From contig CAXXDQ010000007.1 in the NCBI GenBank assembly GCA_963664325.2, positions 928,001 through 992,000 on the forward strand: a stretch of 64,000 nt of DNA, written 5' to 3'. How positions within the stretch are numbered: position 1 is the stretch's first letter; every line of letters starts with the position of its first letter. Source of the DNA: Desulfomonilia bacterium. Lineage in GTDB: Bacteria > Desulfobacterota > Desulfomonilia > UBA1062. Under the pieces are notes generated by a model, which was not told the origin of the DNA, made no database searches, and was given only the letters and a program-made list of their open reading frames with translations. Below are positions 41,606 to 50,925 of the stretch, piece after piece. Both the position numbers and the translations under genes were made by a program.

Positions 41606-42334
41606 CTAAGCCTTGCTGCAAAGTTCGGTAATGGACGTTCTTACGGCATCGATCAGTTTTTCCTTGTTCTCCAGCGTAAACTGCGAGGCCTCGATGGGTT
41701 TGCCTATGTTAACTTTGACCTCTTTTCCAAGATAGAAGTCCCACGTCTTGGGCGGCAGGATTTCCCCTGAACCGATAATCCCGACCGGAAGTATCGTGGC
41801 GCCCGACTCTATGGCCATTATTATCCCGCCCTTCTTGAATTCCCCGAGTTTGCCGGTTCTCGAGCGTGTTCCCTCAGGCGCGATCCACAGTACGATTCCG
41901 CTCTCCATCTTTTCGCGCGCCGCTTTAAGGTCTCTTTTCGCCTGCTCGAAATCATGCCTGTCAATCGCTATGAATTCGCCGGCTTTCATGCCCTTGCCCC
42001 ATACTGGCACCTTGAACAGCTCCTTTTTGGTCAGCATCCTTATGCTTCCGGGCATGGTCATGATAATCAACGGTATATCATAATGGCTTGAATGGTTGGA
42101 CATTATGATATAGCGCTTTCCCGGTTCAATCTTCGTATTGTACGGGTCGTTCACCGTATACCTGACATCAACCGCGCCAAGGAGTCTGGATGACCACCAT
42201 TTGAGCATCCCATCGCCGAACTTGCGGTCATATGTGTTCGTCAGCTGCTGCCACAGAACCTGGATCGTAATGAAAAGTGTTGCATACAGGCTTGCCGCCA
42301 TTATTCTGATCTTTCTCAATATCCCTGCCTTCAT
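41606..42334 (-). CDS. plsC: 1-acyl-sn-glycerol-3-phosphate acyltransferase
   Basis: NHSSHYD (HX4D), KKEL, IDR, PEGTRS. Confidence 0.9.
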   Translation of the reverse strand: MKAGILRKIRIMAASLYATLFITIQVLWQQLTNTYDRKFGDGMLKWWSSRLLGAVDVRYTVNDPYNTKIEPGKRYIIMSNHSSHYDIPLIIMTMPGSIRMLTKKELFKVPVWGKGMKAGEFIAIDRHDFEQAKRDLKAAREKMESGIVLWIAPEGTRSRTGKLGEFKKGGIIMAIESGATILPVGIIGSGEILPPKTWDFYLGKEVKVNIGKPIEASQFTLENKEKLIDAVRTSITELCSKA

Positions 42335-42624
42335 CGGAAATCCGCTCCTCCCTTAATCCTGATATGTAAAGCAATAAAGCATCGCATCCGTTATTAATGT
42401 ATTTTTGTCAAGTTTTATAAGAACCGCGCCATATTTTCACCAGGCTCCCTTCATAAGCCGTCAAGCACGTGGCATCAGTCTTAAAGAACCGCTTAAATGC
42501 GTTCATCAGCAGTTTTGCCGTTCCTCAATCTGAAGAAAAAGATAATGAGAATTGCCCCATTGATGGCGGCTCCTTTGGTCTTGTCAAAGTGATGAAACCG
42601 CTATCGGACAAAGGAGAAACCGGT

Positions 42625-42651
42625 GGCCGGGCTTGAAAAACTGGCCCGGCC
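42625..42651 (-). terminator. Hairpin after the oxidoreductase and small ORF
   Basis: GGCCGGGC-N11-GCCCGGCC. Confidence 0.5.
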
Positions 42652-42663
42652 TTGTTGAAAATC

Positions 42664-42801
42664 TCACACGAAATATCTGGGTATAAGGTAGGGAACCTGT
42701 TTTATAAGGTCTTTATAAAATCTCTTCTTGGAATCTGTCAGCTTAGACCAGCAAACTGCACCGGCGGCCAATGCTGCAGCACAAATGAGTTTTTTCTTCA
42801 T
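42664..42801 (-). CDS. 45-aa small protein (not in ORF track)
   Basis: AAGGAGGTG RBS just before ATG, 12 bp after the oxidoreductase stop; MKKKLICAAALAAGAVCWSKLTDSKKRFYKDLIKQVPYLIPRYFV. Confidence 0.65.
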   Translation of the reverse strand: MKKKLICAAALAAGAVCWSKLTDSKKRFYKDLIKQVPYLIPRYFV

Positions 42802-42813
42802 CTTTCACCTCCT

Positions 42814-44316
42814 TCAGTTTTCGTATTTTTCAATAAGGTCAGCGGCTATCATGCCGGATGCGATGACCGTGGGCACGCCGCCTCCGGGATGCGTGGATGC
42901 GCCGGTCAGGTAGAGGCCCTTTATGTTCTTCGACCTGGCGGCCGGCCGGAACACCATGGAGGACATCAGGTCCTGCCTGAGCGCATATATGGCGCCTTCG
43001 GGTGAAAGGAGCCTTCTCTCGAAGTCCTTTGGTGTGGCAAAGTTGGCGACCTTTATGTGCTTTGTCAGATCCGGTATGCACTTTTTCTCCATGAACTTTA
43101 TAACGCGGTCCATTATCTCGGGCTTTGCCTCGTCCCAGTCCTTGCCCTGAAGCTTGTACGGTCCCGGCGAGAGCGTAAGTACTATGACGTTGCTGCCTTT
43201 TGGCGCGAGCCCCGGATCGGTCTTTGACGTATAGCTGATGATCGCATACTGCTCAGTCGGGAAGAGCCCGTTCATATAGAATTCGTTCCAGTTCCTGTTC
43301 ATCTCCTCGACGGGCAGCGTGATTATCGTATGGTGGCTGTCGAGCGGCGGTTCGTAATCCACGCCCAGGTATATCATGGGTGTGGCCATCGCATAGCGGT
43401 AGCTCTTCACGCCCACCTGGGCCAGCCACGGCAGGTGTTCGAACCCGATCAGGTCCGTATAGAGCTGCTTGGCGTTGATGTTCGAGACTATGAGCCTGGC
43501 TGTAATCTCGGTCCCGTCTCCTAGCATGACGCTGACCGCGCGGCCGTTCTTAACGATCACTTTCTTTACGAGCGTATTGAGCCTCAGCTCCATGCCGAGC
43601 CTCTGTCCGCATTTGACGAGCGCCTCGGGAATGCCTTTCATACCGCCCTTCGTATAGTAGACGCCTTCATGCTCGGAATAGGGGATCATGGCGCTGTGGC
43701 CCGGGCCGAGTTCGGGCGGGAGCCCGAAGAAGTAGCTCTGGTATGCAATCGATTCCTTGATCTTGTCGCTTTTGAAATACTTGTCCAGAACCGACTGATA
43801 ATTCGTCATGAAGAGCGGTAAATATTTGAGCAGTGCGGGAGTCCTCGCGAACATCATGGTCATGTCGGTCATTGTATTGCCCGGCGAGAGGAAGAAGCCC
43901 TTCAAGGCCGCATCAAGAAATGCCTTCATATAGTCGGCGTATTTCCTCCAGCCGTCCTCGTCTTCAGGAGACAGTTTCCCGATCATCTTCGCGGTTTCCT
44001 CGCTGGATAACGGGTATGTCATCTTGGTGCCGTCCTTCAGGATGACCGTGTATATCGGGTCGCACTTAATCATTTCCGCTTCCTTGAAGACCGACGTGCC
44101 CAGCCTCTCGAAGCACCAGTTGATTACTTCGACGTCCTCGAGAATGGAAGCGCCGAGGTCGAAGCCGAAGCCCTCCTGCTCGAACGTGGAGCAGCAACCG
44201 CCCACAAGCGAGCTCTGCTCCAGCACAAGAGTCTTGCAGCCTTTTTTTGCAAGCAGCGCCCCTGCACTGAGCCCTCCGCATCCGGCACCGATGACGATCA
44301 CATCATAATCGCTCAT
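42814..44316 (-). CDS. Phytoene desaturase (CrtI)-like FAD-dependent oxidoreductase
   Basis: VIVIGAGCGGL, GGCC..F..EGF.FD.G, KGG, GLYLTGASTHPGGG. Confidence 0.88.
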   Translation of the reverse strand: MSDYDVIVIGAGCGGLSAGALLAKKGCKTLVLEQSSLVGGCCSTFEQEGFGFDLGASILEDVEVINWCFERLGTSVFKEAEMIKCDPIYTVILKDGTKMTYPLSSEETAKMIGKLSPEDEDGWRKYADYMKAFLDAALKGFFLSPGNTMTDMTMMFARTPALLKYLPLFMTNYQSVLDKYFKSDKIKESIAYQSYFFGLPPELGPGHSAMIPYSEHEGVYYTKGGMKGIPEALVKCGQRLGMELRLNTLVKKVIVKNGRAVSVMLGDGTEITARLIVSNINAKQLYTDLIGFEHLPWLAQVGVKSYRYAMATPMIYLGVDYEPPLDSHHTIITLPVEEMNRNWNEFYMNGLFPTEQYAIISYTSKTDPGLAPKGSNVIVLTLSPGPYKLQGKDWDEAKPEIMDRVIKFMEKKCIPDLTKHIKVANFATPKDFERRLLSPEGAIYALRQDLMSSMVFRPAARSKNIKGLYLTGASTHPGGGVPTVIASGMIAADLIEKYEN

Positions 44317-44552
44317 GAATCCTCCTTTCTGAAAGTTGTTTTGTGGCAGGTGGTATTACCAAATGACTCAAGCAATTTACCCTTCTCAAGTCCTTAAGTC
44401 AAATGTCTATTCGTAAGATAAACTATAAATATATTGTAGAAATGTTACTGTATAACCGTTAGATTAATGCATGTTAGAATATTTTATCTCAAAATTTAGC
44501 ATACAAATAAATTTTTAAAATTCAATTTATATAAGTATTAAGAGGAGAAATT

Positions 44553-45191
44553 ATGGATAAAGAAATGCTAAACTTATTGATTCAAACATCATTAACAATC
44601 TTAGGTTGGATTGTGATGATCATCTGGGCTATAAAACAAATTAATATTGCCAATGAAAAATCTTTAGAATTACAACGCATTTTAATTAAGGAAAAGAACA
44701 AGCAAGAGTTGGTTAAAGAAATTATTATAATATATAAGGATATTACTGATTCTCTTGAATGTTTACTTCAAGCTGGCAATAATTTTATTCACAATTTCAA
44801 TCTTGAGAACTCACCATTGACAGAACATATTAAAAGCATAAACTTTTCTGCAATGAATCTTATTGATCCAATTAATCAGGCATACAACAAATTAGGTTCT
44901 GATATCAGTCGTATGGATACTTGGATTGAATTATCATCAAATTCACTTCCAAACACAAATAAAATTAAAAACGCTATCATGGAATACCAAAAACACTTCT
45001 CTTATCAGGATAATATTAAACCAGTATGGCTTGATTATCAGGCAATGCTCGTAACTTATAAATCCAGAACACTTAAAAATCATAATGCATTATATGATGT
45101 GTGGAAAGAAATATCTGGGAGCATCATCAAGGTTAAAAAGGATTTTATTGAAGCAATGATATTAATTATTCAAGAGAACCTCATTACATAA
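44553..45191 (+). CDS. AT-rich orphan protein with N-terminal TM helix
   Basis: 212-aa ORF with GAGGAG RBS; base composition and codons visibly more AT-rich than flanking genes. Confidence 0.7.
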   Translation: MDKEMLNLLIQTSLTILGWIVMIIWAIKQINIANEKSLELQRILIKEKNKQELVKEIIIIYKDITDSLECLLQAGNNFIHNFNLENSPLTEHIKSINFSAMNLIDPINQAYNKLGSDISRMDTWIELSSNSLPNTNKIKNAIMEYQKHFSYQDNIKPVWLDYQAMLVTYKSRTLKNHNALYDVWKEISGSIIKVKKDFIEAMILIIQENLIT

Positions 45192-45225
45192 TTTTTTATA
45201 AAACCTTTATACTATATGCATATTC

Positions 45226-45415
45226 ACAGGGCGGCAGAACAAAGCAGACCTAGGAGTGACGAAGCGGAAATGTGAGGCATACTTTACCGTATGTCGCAGC
45301 GTTTCCGCGAGGAGCGACAACGGTATGCAAATTTTTGCATCACAAAAATTGACGCACCAAAGGTGCGCCCGAAGGGTGAGGGCTGTCTGCCCGAATCAAA
45401 GTTATCCCGCCCTGT
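45226..45415 (+). repeat. Palindromic repeat element copy 1 (MITE/REP-like), with nested 69-bp insertion
   Basis: Ends ACAGGGCG/CGCCCTGT; aligns to the reverse complement of 48766-48887 apart from an insert at about 45332-45400. Confidence 0.8.
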
Positions 45416-45421
45416 CCAATT

Positions 45422-47131
45422 CTATTTTATAGATATGCAGCGTCCATCCTTTCTTATCGTACTCCCATTGTTGTACGAATAAAGGTCCACAAACTCTATG
45501 CTGTCAAACGGCGTTATTACTATGAAGCTCTGCTCAGGATAGCCGGATGCGACCTTATCAACCCATGTGCCGGTATTGGCATAGATCGAATGGTAATCTT
45601 TGCCGATTTTTTTCAGGTAGCTGTTGGTCATAAGAGACATCATAGCCATATGGGTATGTCCGAACACCACTATCCTTTTTGTACATCCGTCATGATAAAA
45701 ATATTCGCCGCTCATAAGATCCATCAGCGGGTTGAATACGCCGTTAAGAATGGCGACCAGAACTGCAATATGTTGCGGCACATTGTTGATCGTCTGCAGG
45801 TTATCCCAGTTCGCGGCCTTTGCGTTGTCCTTGTAAATAATCCTGTCGTCGGTCGTGTTGTTTCCGATCACGTCCTTGTAGCTGTAGGTTTCGGAGAACC
45901 CGTCAATGCCTGTCATGAACGATTTTTCCTCCCAGCTGAAATTCGTCGGATATTTTATAAGTATGGGCAACCATGCCGCCTGATAGAGGTCAATCGGTAT
46001 GCCGTCACCTGTTTCCCCGGACATCCCTGTCGCGAACATTTCACTGGGGACATACTCTGACTGAGGATGCTGTCTCAAAGACGTAACCGAATCCTTGGAT
46101 ACGAAAAAGCCCGCCCCGAGTATCGTATGCTGACCTGTAACACTTGCATTAGAAACCGGATCCGGGGCATTGAAAAAGTCATACCTGTGGCTGTGCTCTA
46201 TCACTATCTCGGGACGTCCGTCAGGGGCATACGAACCCAACCCCGAATTTACGCCGCCTACATCATCCCTTGCATTGTTGATTCCCGGGAACCTTTCGTC
46301 CATATCGGCTTTTGTCACGAGCATGTCATGGTTTCCGGGAATATATGTCACCTTTATGTTTCCATCCAGGATTATGTTGTTGAGCGCATCGACTATGCCC
46401 TCATTGGCGTCGCAAATGTCATTGAAAAAGCCGTTTTCGTCTTTGCCGCCAAACGTGTCATATTCCATAGGGCAAATCCATTCGTCAAACATGTCTCCGG
46501 CTATGACAAGTTCCTTCACCGTGGGATTCGTCTTCAGCATCAGGAGGAAATTCTCCAGATGTAACCTGTTCGCGATCTGCCAGCCGTAATTCTCATCCTG
46601 AGCCCTCTCGTCTCCCAGGTGCAGGTCGCTTATTACGACGATCTGTTTCCTTTCTGCTCCCAGTTCGAGACTGCCTGTCTGGATGTCGAAAGAAAGCTCT
46701 GGCGTAAAATAGCCTGCATAGTCCTGAGCCGTTGTCTTGCCCGAGGCGGACGCGGCGCCGGCTTTCACTATAATCACGTATTCATTGCCGGAAATGAAAT
46801 TTTCCCCGTCTGTAAGAGAGACCCTTGCAATGTCAGGCGAGAGGCTGGTTACTTCAGGATCAAGGAGCACCGGTTCGCCGGTACCGTTAATAAGATAAAG
46901 ATATATTTTTCCGCCTATCGAACTGATATCCGGTTCTTCGCTGAACACGAGGTCTATATAGTCCGTTTTTTCCAATATTTCCGGGTTGTCTGCATATGAA
47001 GACGCAGATATGCCGCCTATAAGCGCCGTTACGGTAAACGGAGTGCTGCTTGCATTATCCGAACTGGTGGAGCACCCAGCAAATAGAAGGGGGGCCCACA
47101 GCAAAAAAGACAAAAAGAATAGTTTTCTCAT
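45422..47131 (-). CDS. Lipoprotein with Ig-like domain and calcineurin-like metallophosphoesterase domain
   Basis: Lipobox LFAGC; SDLHLGD, GDMFD, PGNHD, EHSH, FGHTH. Confidence 0.85.
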   Translation of the reverse strand: MRKLFFLSFLLWAPLLFAGCSTSSDNASSTPFTVTALIGGISASSYADNPEILEKTDYIDLVFSEEPDISSIGGKIYLYLINGTGEPVLLDPEVTSLSPDIARVSLTDGENFISGNEYVIIVKAGAASASGKTTAQDYAGYFTPELSFDIQTGSLELGAERKQIVVISDLHLGDERAQDENYGWQIANRLHLENFLLMLKTNPTVKELVIAGDMFDEWICPMEYDTFGGKDENGFFNDICDANEGIVDALNNIILDGNIKVTYIPGNHDMLVTKADMDERFPGINNARDDVGGVNSGLGSYAPDGRPEIVIEHSHRYDFFNAPDPVSNASVTGQHTILGAGFFVSKDSVTSLRQHPQSEYVPSEMFATGMSGETGDGIPIDLYQAAWLPILIKYPTNFSWEEKSFMTGIDGFSETYSYKDVIGNNTTDDRIIYKDNAKAANWDNLQTINNVPQHIAVLVAILNGVFNPLMDLMSGEYFYHDGCTKRIVVFGHTHMAMMSLMTNSYLKKIGKDYHSIYANTGTWVDKVASGYPEQSFIVITPFDSIEFVDLYSYNNGSTIRKDGRCISIK

Positions 47132-47327
47132 GGGGAATACCTCTTTTTTTCAGTTTTGTTATTTATACAATCGGCTGTTTTCAATGATAACATGAACATT
47201 TACAGTCATTGCTGATTGGTTAGGAAAGTATTGGTCTCAGGCCCTTTTCCTGATCAATGAGGAAGCGACGCAGGCAGAAATATCTAATTCAATCGCGACA
47301 TGGCGTTAGAACATCAAACGACTTCTT

Positions 47328-47451
47328 TTCCGCTTTGCATTCAAGATGATACCGAGGAGTCAAGGAGGAAGCGACGCAGGCATACTTCTAACGTATGTCG
47401 AGGAGAATTCCGACGCGGACGACAAAGGTAGCGCATGAATGCGAAGCGGAA
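47328..47451 (+). repeat. Palindromic repeat element copy 3 (divergent terminal stem)
   Basis: 16-bp inverted ends TTCCGCTTTGCATTCA/TGAATGCGAAGCGGAA; shares ACC.AGGAGT, AGGCATACTT...CGTATGTCG and CGACAA.GGTA with copy 1; abuts the purB stop. Confidence 0.7.
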
Positions 47452-48747
47452 TTATGTGTCGAAGACGCGTTTGAATATCGTGTCTATATATTTCATGTGA
47501 TGAGACAGGTCGAAGAGATCTTCTATCTTTTCCCTGCTCAGCTTTGCTGTTACTTCAGGGTCATTCAAGAGCGCTTCCTTAAAATCCCCCTTCCCTTCCC
47601 AGACCGGCAGCGCGTTCCTCTGCACAACCGCATAGGCGTCGTCGCGGAGCATACCGGCGTCGGTAAGCGCCAGCAGGACATTCTGCGAATGCCACAGTCC
47701 TTTGGTAAGTTCCAGGTTCTTTTTCACATTCTCGGGAAATACGACGAGGCCTTCGATGAGGCCCTTGAGCCTCTTGAGCGCGAAATCCAGGATGTTAGTA
47801 GCGTCCGGGCCGATCACGCGCTCCACGCTGGAATGGCTGATGTCGCGCTCGTGCCAGAGTGCCACGTTCTCCATGGCCGAGAGCGCATAGCCACGCAGGA
47901 GTCTCGACATGCCGGTCAGATTTTCGGAAAGTATCGGGTTCTTCTTGTGCGGCATGGCCGATGAGCCCTTCTGCCCCTTGCCGAAAGGCTCCATGGCCTC
48001 CAACACTTCCGAGCGCTGCAGATGCCTTATCTCGACTGCGATCTTTTCAATGGTACAGCCGACTAGTGCGATGGTCGTAAAGAATTGCGCATGGCGGTCA
48101 CGCTGCACTATCTGCGTGCTGAGCGGTTCTGCCGTGAGTCCGAGCTTTTTGCAGACATAGTCCTCGACCTCGGGCGGCACATTGGCGAAGGTGCCGACCG
48201 CGCCCGAAATCTTGCCGCATGCGATCACGTCTACGGCGTCTTCCATGCGCTTCAGATTGCGCCCCATCTCTGCATAGAAGAGCGCAAACTTGGAGCCGAA
48301 AGAAACAGGTTCGGCGTGTATGCCGTGGGAGCGTCCCATCGCGGGCAGGTCCTTGAACTCGTAGGCGCGCTTCTTGAGGGCCTCCATCAGAATCTTTATA
48401 TCCTCTATGATGACTGCTCCGGCCTCTTTGCACTGAAGCGCATATGCAGTGTCAAGCACATCGGAACTGGTAAGCCCCATATGTACATACCTGGCGTCAT
48501 CGCCGATGTATTCGGCCACGCAGCTCACGAACGCGATTACGTCGTGGCGCGTTATGTTCTCTATCTCCTCGATCCGAGCGACCTCGAACCTGGAGTTCTT
48601 CTGTATGTTTTCAAGGCTATTCTGCGGGACCTTGCCGAGCTTGGCCCAGGCTTCGCAGGCCGCAATCTCGACATCGAGCCACTTCTGGTACCTGTTCTGA
48701 TCCGACCAGATTCCGTTCATAACCTTTGTGGAGTATCGGGGAATCAT
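47452..48747 (-). CDS. purB: Adenylosuccinate lyase
   Basis: MIPRY, TRHDV, HMGLTSSD, GRSHGIHAEP, KGSSAMPHKKNP; ATG 48747 with GAGGTG RBS. Confidence 0.97.
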   Translation of the reverse strand: MIPRYSTKVMNGIWSDQNRYQKWLDVEIAACEAWAKLGKVPQNSLENIQKNSRFEVARIEEIENITRHDVIAFVSCVAEYIGDDARYVHMGLTSSDVLDTAYALQCKEAGAVIIEDIKILMEALKKRAYEFKDLPAMGRSHGIHAEPVSFGSKFALFYAEMGRNLKRMEDAVDVIACGKISGAVGTFANVPPEVEDYVCKKLGLTAEPLSTQIVQRDRHAQFFTTIALVGCTIEKIAVEIRHLQRSEVLEAMEPFGKGQKGSSAMPHKKNPILSENLTGMSRLLRGYALSAMENVALWHERDISHSSVERVIGPDATNILDFALKRLKGLIEGLVVFPENVKKNLELTKGLWHSQNVLLALTDAGMLRDDAYAVVQRNALPVWEGKGDFKEALLNDPEVTAKLSREKIEDLFDLSHHMKYIDTIFKRVFDT

Positions 48748-48765
48748 ACGCTCACCTCTTCCTAT

Positions 48766-48887
48766 ACAGGGCGTCATAACTTTGCATACCGGCGTCGCTC
48801 CTTATCCCGTCATTACGGCGTACGCTTAAAGTACGCCTCATTCCTCGATTTCCTCGCTCCCAGGTCTGCTTTGTTCTTACGCCCTGT
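48766..48887 (-). repeat. Palindromic repeat element copy 2
   Basis: ACAGGGCGT...ACGCCCTGT ends, central GGCGTAC-N6-GTACGCC; 122 bp, 18 bp upstream of purB. Confidence 0.8.
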
Positions 48888-49020
48888 AAATGTTTTATAG
48901 TTTAATCAATCGCTACAGTTGCTAATTTCATATCCGCCCAAAGAGGATGGGAAATCTTTTGTTCAATGTAAAACAAAACTCCTCTTTGATCGGAATAATA
49001 AAAATAACTATAAAAGATAT

Positions 49021-50925
49021 CTACCTTATCCTTGCGCCCACTCTGGCATTCCTGTCGAAACCTATCAGGGACAGACCACCCTCTTCCGTGTCCGTGGCCA
49101 GGAGCATGCCGAAGCTCTCGATGCCCATGAGTTTTGCAGGCTTCAGGTTGGTCACCACCGCGATTTTTTTGCCGGTGAGCTCTTCCGGCGTATAGGCCTT
49201 GCCTATGCCGGCCACGATCTGCCTTTCCTCTCCGGTGTCAACCTTCATCAGGATCAGCTTGTCGCTCTTGGGCACGCGTTCGGCGCTCATAATTTTGCCC
49301 ACCCTGATCTCGGCCCTGGCGAATTCGGAGATGTCTATCAGGTTCAGGGGCTCTTTCTTTTCCTCTGTTTTTGCCGCTTCCGCCACGACCTCCAGAGTTT
49401 CCAGCTTTTCCACGCGCGGGAAGAGAACCTTGGGTTCCCGGGTCTTGACGCCAGCCCTGATGGACCCGAACACGTTGAGGCTGTCCATATCAAAGCTGCC
49501 TTCGGAGCCGATCATGGCAAGAACCCTTTTTGACGCGTCCGGCATTACCGGGTATGTCATTACGGCAATGAACCTCAAGCCTTCCATAATGTTGTACATC
49601 ACGGACCCGAGACGCTTCCTGTCGGTTTTTGCAAGCGTCCACGGCGCGGATTTGTCTATGTATTTGTTGAGCCCTGAGACCAGCGTCCATGTGGCGGCCA
49701 GGGCATTCTGCATCTCTATGGACTTCATCCTAGAACGGTAGTGGATGGCCGAGCTGAGTGCGAGGTCCCTCAACTGGATGTCTTCCTCGTTATCGGATTC
49801 ATCGGCATCCGGTATGACGCCTCCGTAATACTTATTCAGCATGCCGAGGCTCCTGTTGACCAGGTTGCCGAGGTCGTTTGCAAGGTCTGCATTGTAGCGG
49901 TCGATCATGGCGTCTTCGGAGAAATTCGAATCGAGCCCGAACACCATGTCGCGCACAAGATAATAGCGGAAGGCGTCCAGTCCGTATTTTTCCTTCAAAT
50001 CGAGCGGGTTGATGACATTGCCCAGGCTCTTGCTCATCTTCGCCATCTCTATGTTCCAGTAGCCGTGTACATTGAGGTGTTTATAAGGTTCAAGCCCGGC
50101 GGCCTTGAGCATTGTGGGCCAGTAAACGCCGTGGGGCTTCAGGATGTCCTTCGCTATCAGGTGCTGCGCCGCACCCCAGTATTCGCTGAAATGCCCGCCG
50201 CCAGGATAGCCGATGCCGGTTACATAGTTTATAAGGGCGTCGAACCAGACATAGCATACATAGTCATTGTCGAAAGGCAAATCTATGCCCCATGACAGGC
50301 GCTTTTTGGGCCGGGAGATGCACAGGTCGTCAAGAGGCTCGCGAAGCATCCCGAGCACCTCGTTCCTGTAGCGCTGCGGCCTTATGAAATCCGGGTTGGC
50401 GTTAATATGATCTATCAGCCATCCCCGGTATTTTTCCATTTTAAAGAAATAGTTCTGTTCCTTGATGTGGGTCGGCTCAGTCCGATGCTGGGGGCATTTC
50501 CCGTCTTCAAGCTCGCTGTCGGTTAAAAAGCGTTCGCATCCCAGGCAGTAGTTGCCGCCGTATTCACCGAAATAGATGTCGCCGGAATCGTACACCTTTT
50601 GCAGAATGGACTGCACGACTTTTACATGCTCGGGGTCGGTGGTCCTTATAAAGCGGTCCGGCTCCACCGACATTTCGGGAAGTATGGCCCTGAAAAGCGC
50701 GCTGTTCTCGTCCGCCAGCTCCTTTGCCGTTTTGCCCAGTTTTTTCGCCGACTGCACTATCTTGTCGCCGTGTTCGTCGGTGCCGGTCAGGAAAAAGACG
50801 TTTTTCCCGGATATCCTGTTGAACCGCGCAAGCACGTCGGCGACTATGGATGTATAGACATGGCCGATATGCGGCTTGGAGTTAACATAGTAGATTGGGG
50901 TGGTTATATAAAAATAGTTCATCAT
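49021..50925 (-). CDS. metG: Methionine--tRNA ligase with C-terminal tRNA-binding domain
   Basis: YITTPIYY, HIGH, GTDEHG, YVWFDAL, KMSKS; OB-fold C-terminus. Confidence 0.98.
   Translation of the reverse strand: MMNYFYITTPIYYVNSKPHIGHVYTSIVADVLARFNRISGKNVFFLTGTDEHGDKIVQSAKKLGKTAKELADENSALFRAILPEMSVEPDRFIRTTDPEHVKVVQSILQKVYDSGDIYFGEYGGNYCLGCERFLTDSELEDGKCPQHRTEPTHIKEQNYFFKMEKYRGWLIDHINANPDFIRPQRYRNEVLGMLREPLDDLCISRPKKRLSWGIDLPFDNDYVCYVWFDALINYVTGIGYPGGGHFSEYWGAAQHLIAKDILKPHGVYWPTMLKAAGLEPYKHLNVHGYWNIEMAKMSKSLGNVINPLDLKEKYGLDAFRYYLVRDMVFGLDSNFSEDAMIDRYNADLANDLGNLVNRSLGMLNKYYGGVIPDADESDNEEDIQLRDLALSSAIHYRSRMKSIEMQNALAATWTLVSGLNKYIDKSAPWTLAKTDRKRLGSVMYNIMEGLRFIAVMTYPVMPDASKRVLAMIGSEGSFDMDSLNVFGSIRAGVKTREPKVLFPRVEKLETLEVVAEAAKTEEKKEPLNLIDISEFARAEIRVGKIMSAERVPKSDKLILMKVDTGEERQIVAGIGKAYTPEELTGKKIAVVTNLKPAKLMGIESFGMLLATDTEEGGLSLIGFDRNARVGARIR

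Noticed and set aside
42405-42510. 32-codon minus-strand ORF upstream of plsC
   Set aside because: No good RBS, and it overlaps a likely promoter region (TTGACA)
45226-48887. Repeats as integron attC sites or a CRISPR array
   Set aside because: AAC...GTT pairs exist but do not give RYYYAAC and GTTRRRY on one strand; orientations are mixed, purB is enclosed, and there is no integrase, cas gene or regular spacing
48766-48887. Purine, ZTP or PRPP riboswitch upstream of purB
   Set aside because: No consensus features recognised, and a homologous copy occurs in an unrelated context at 45226
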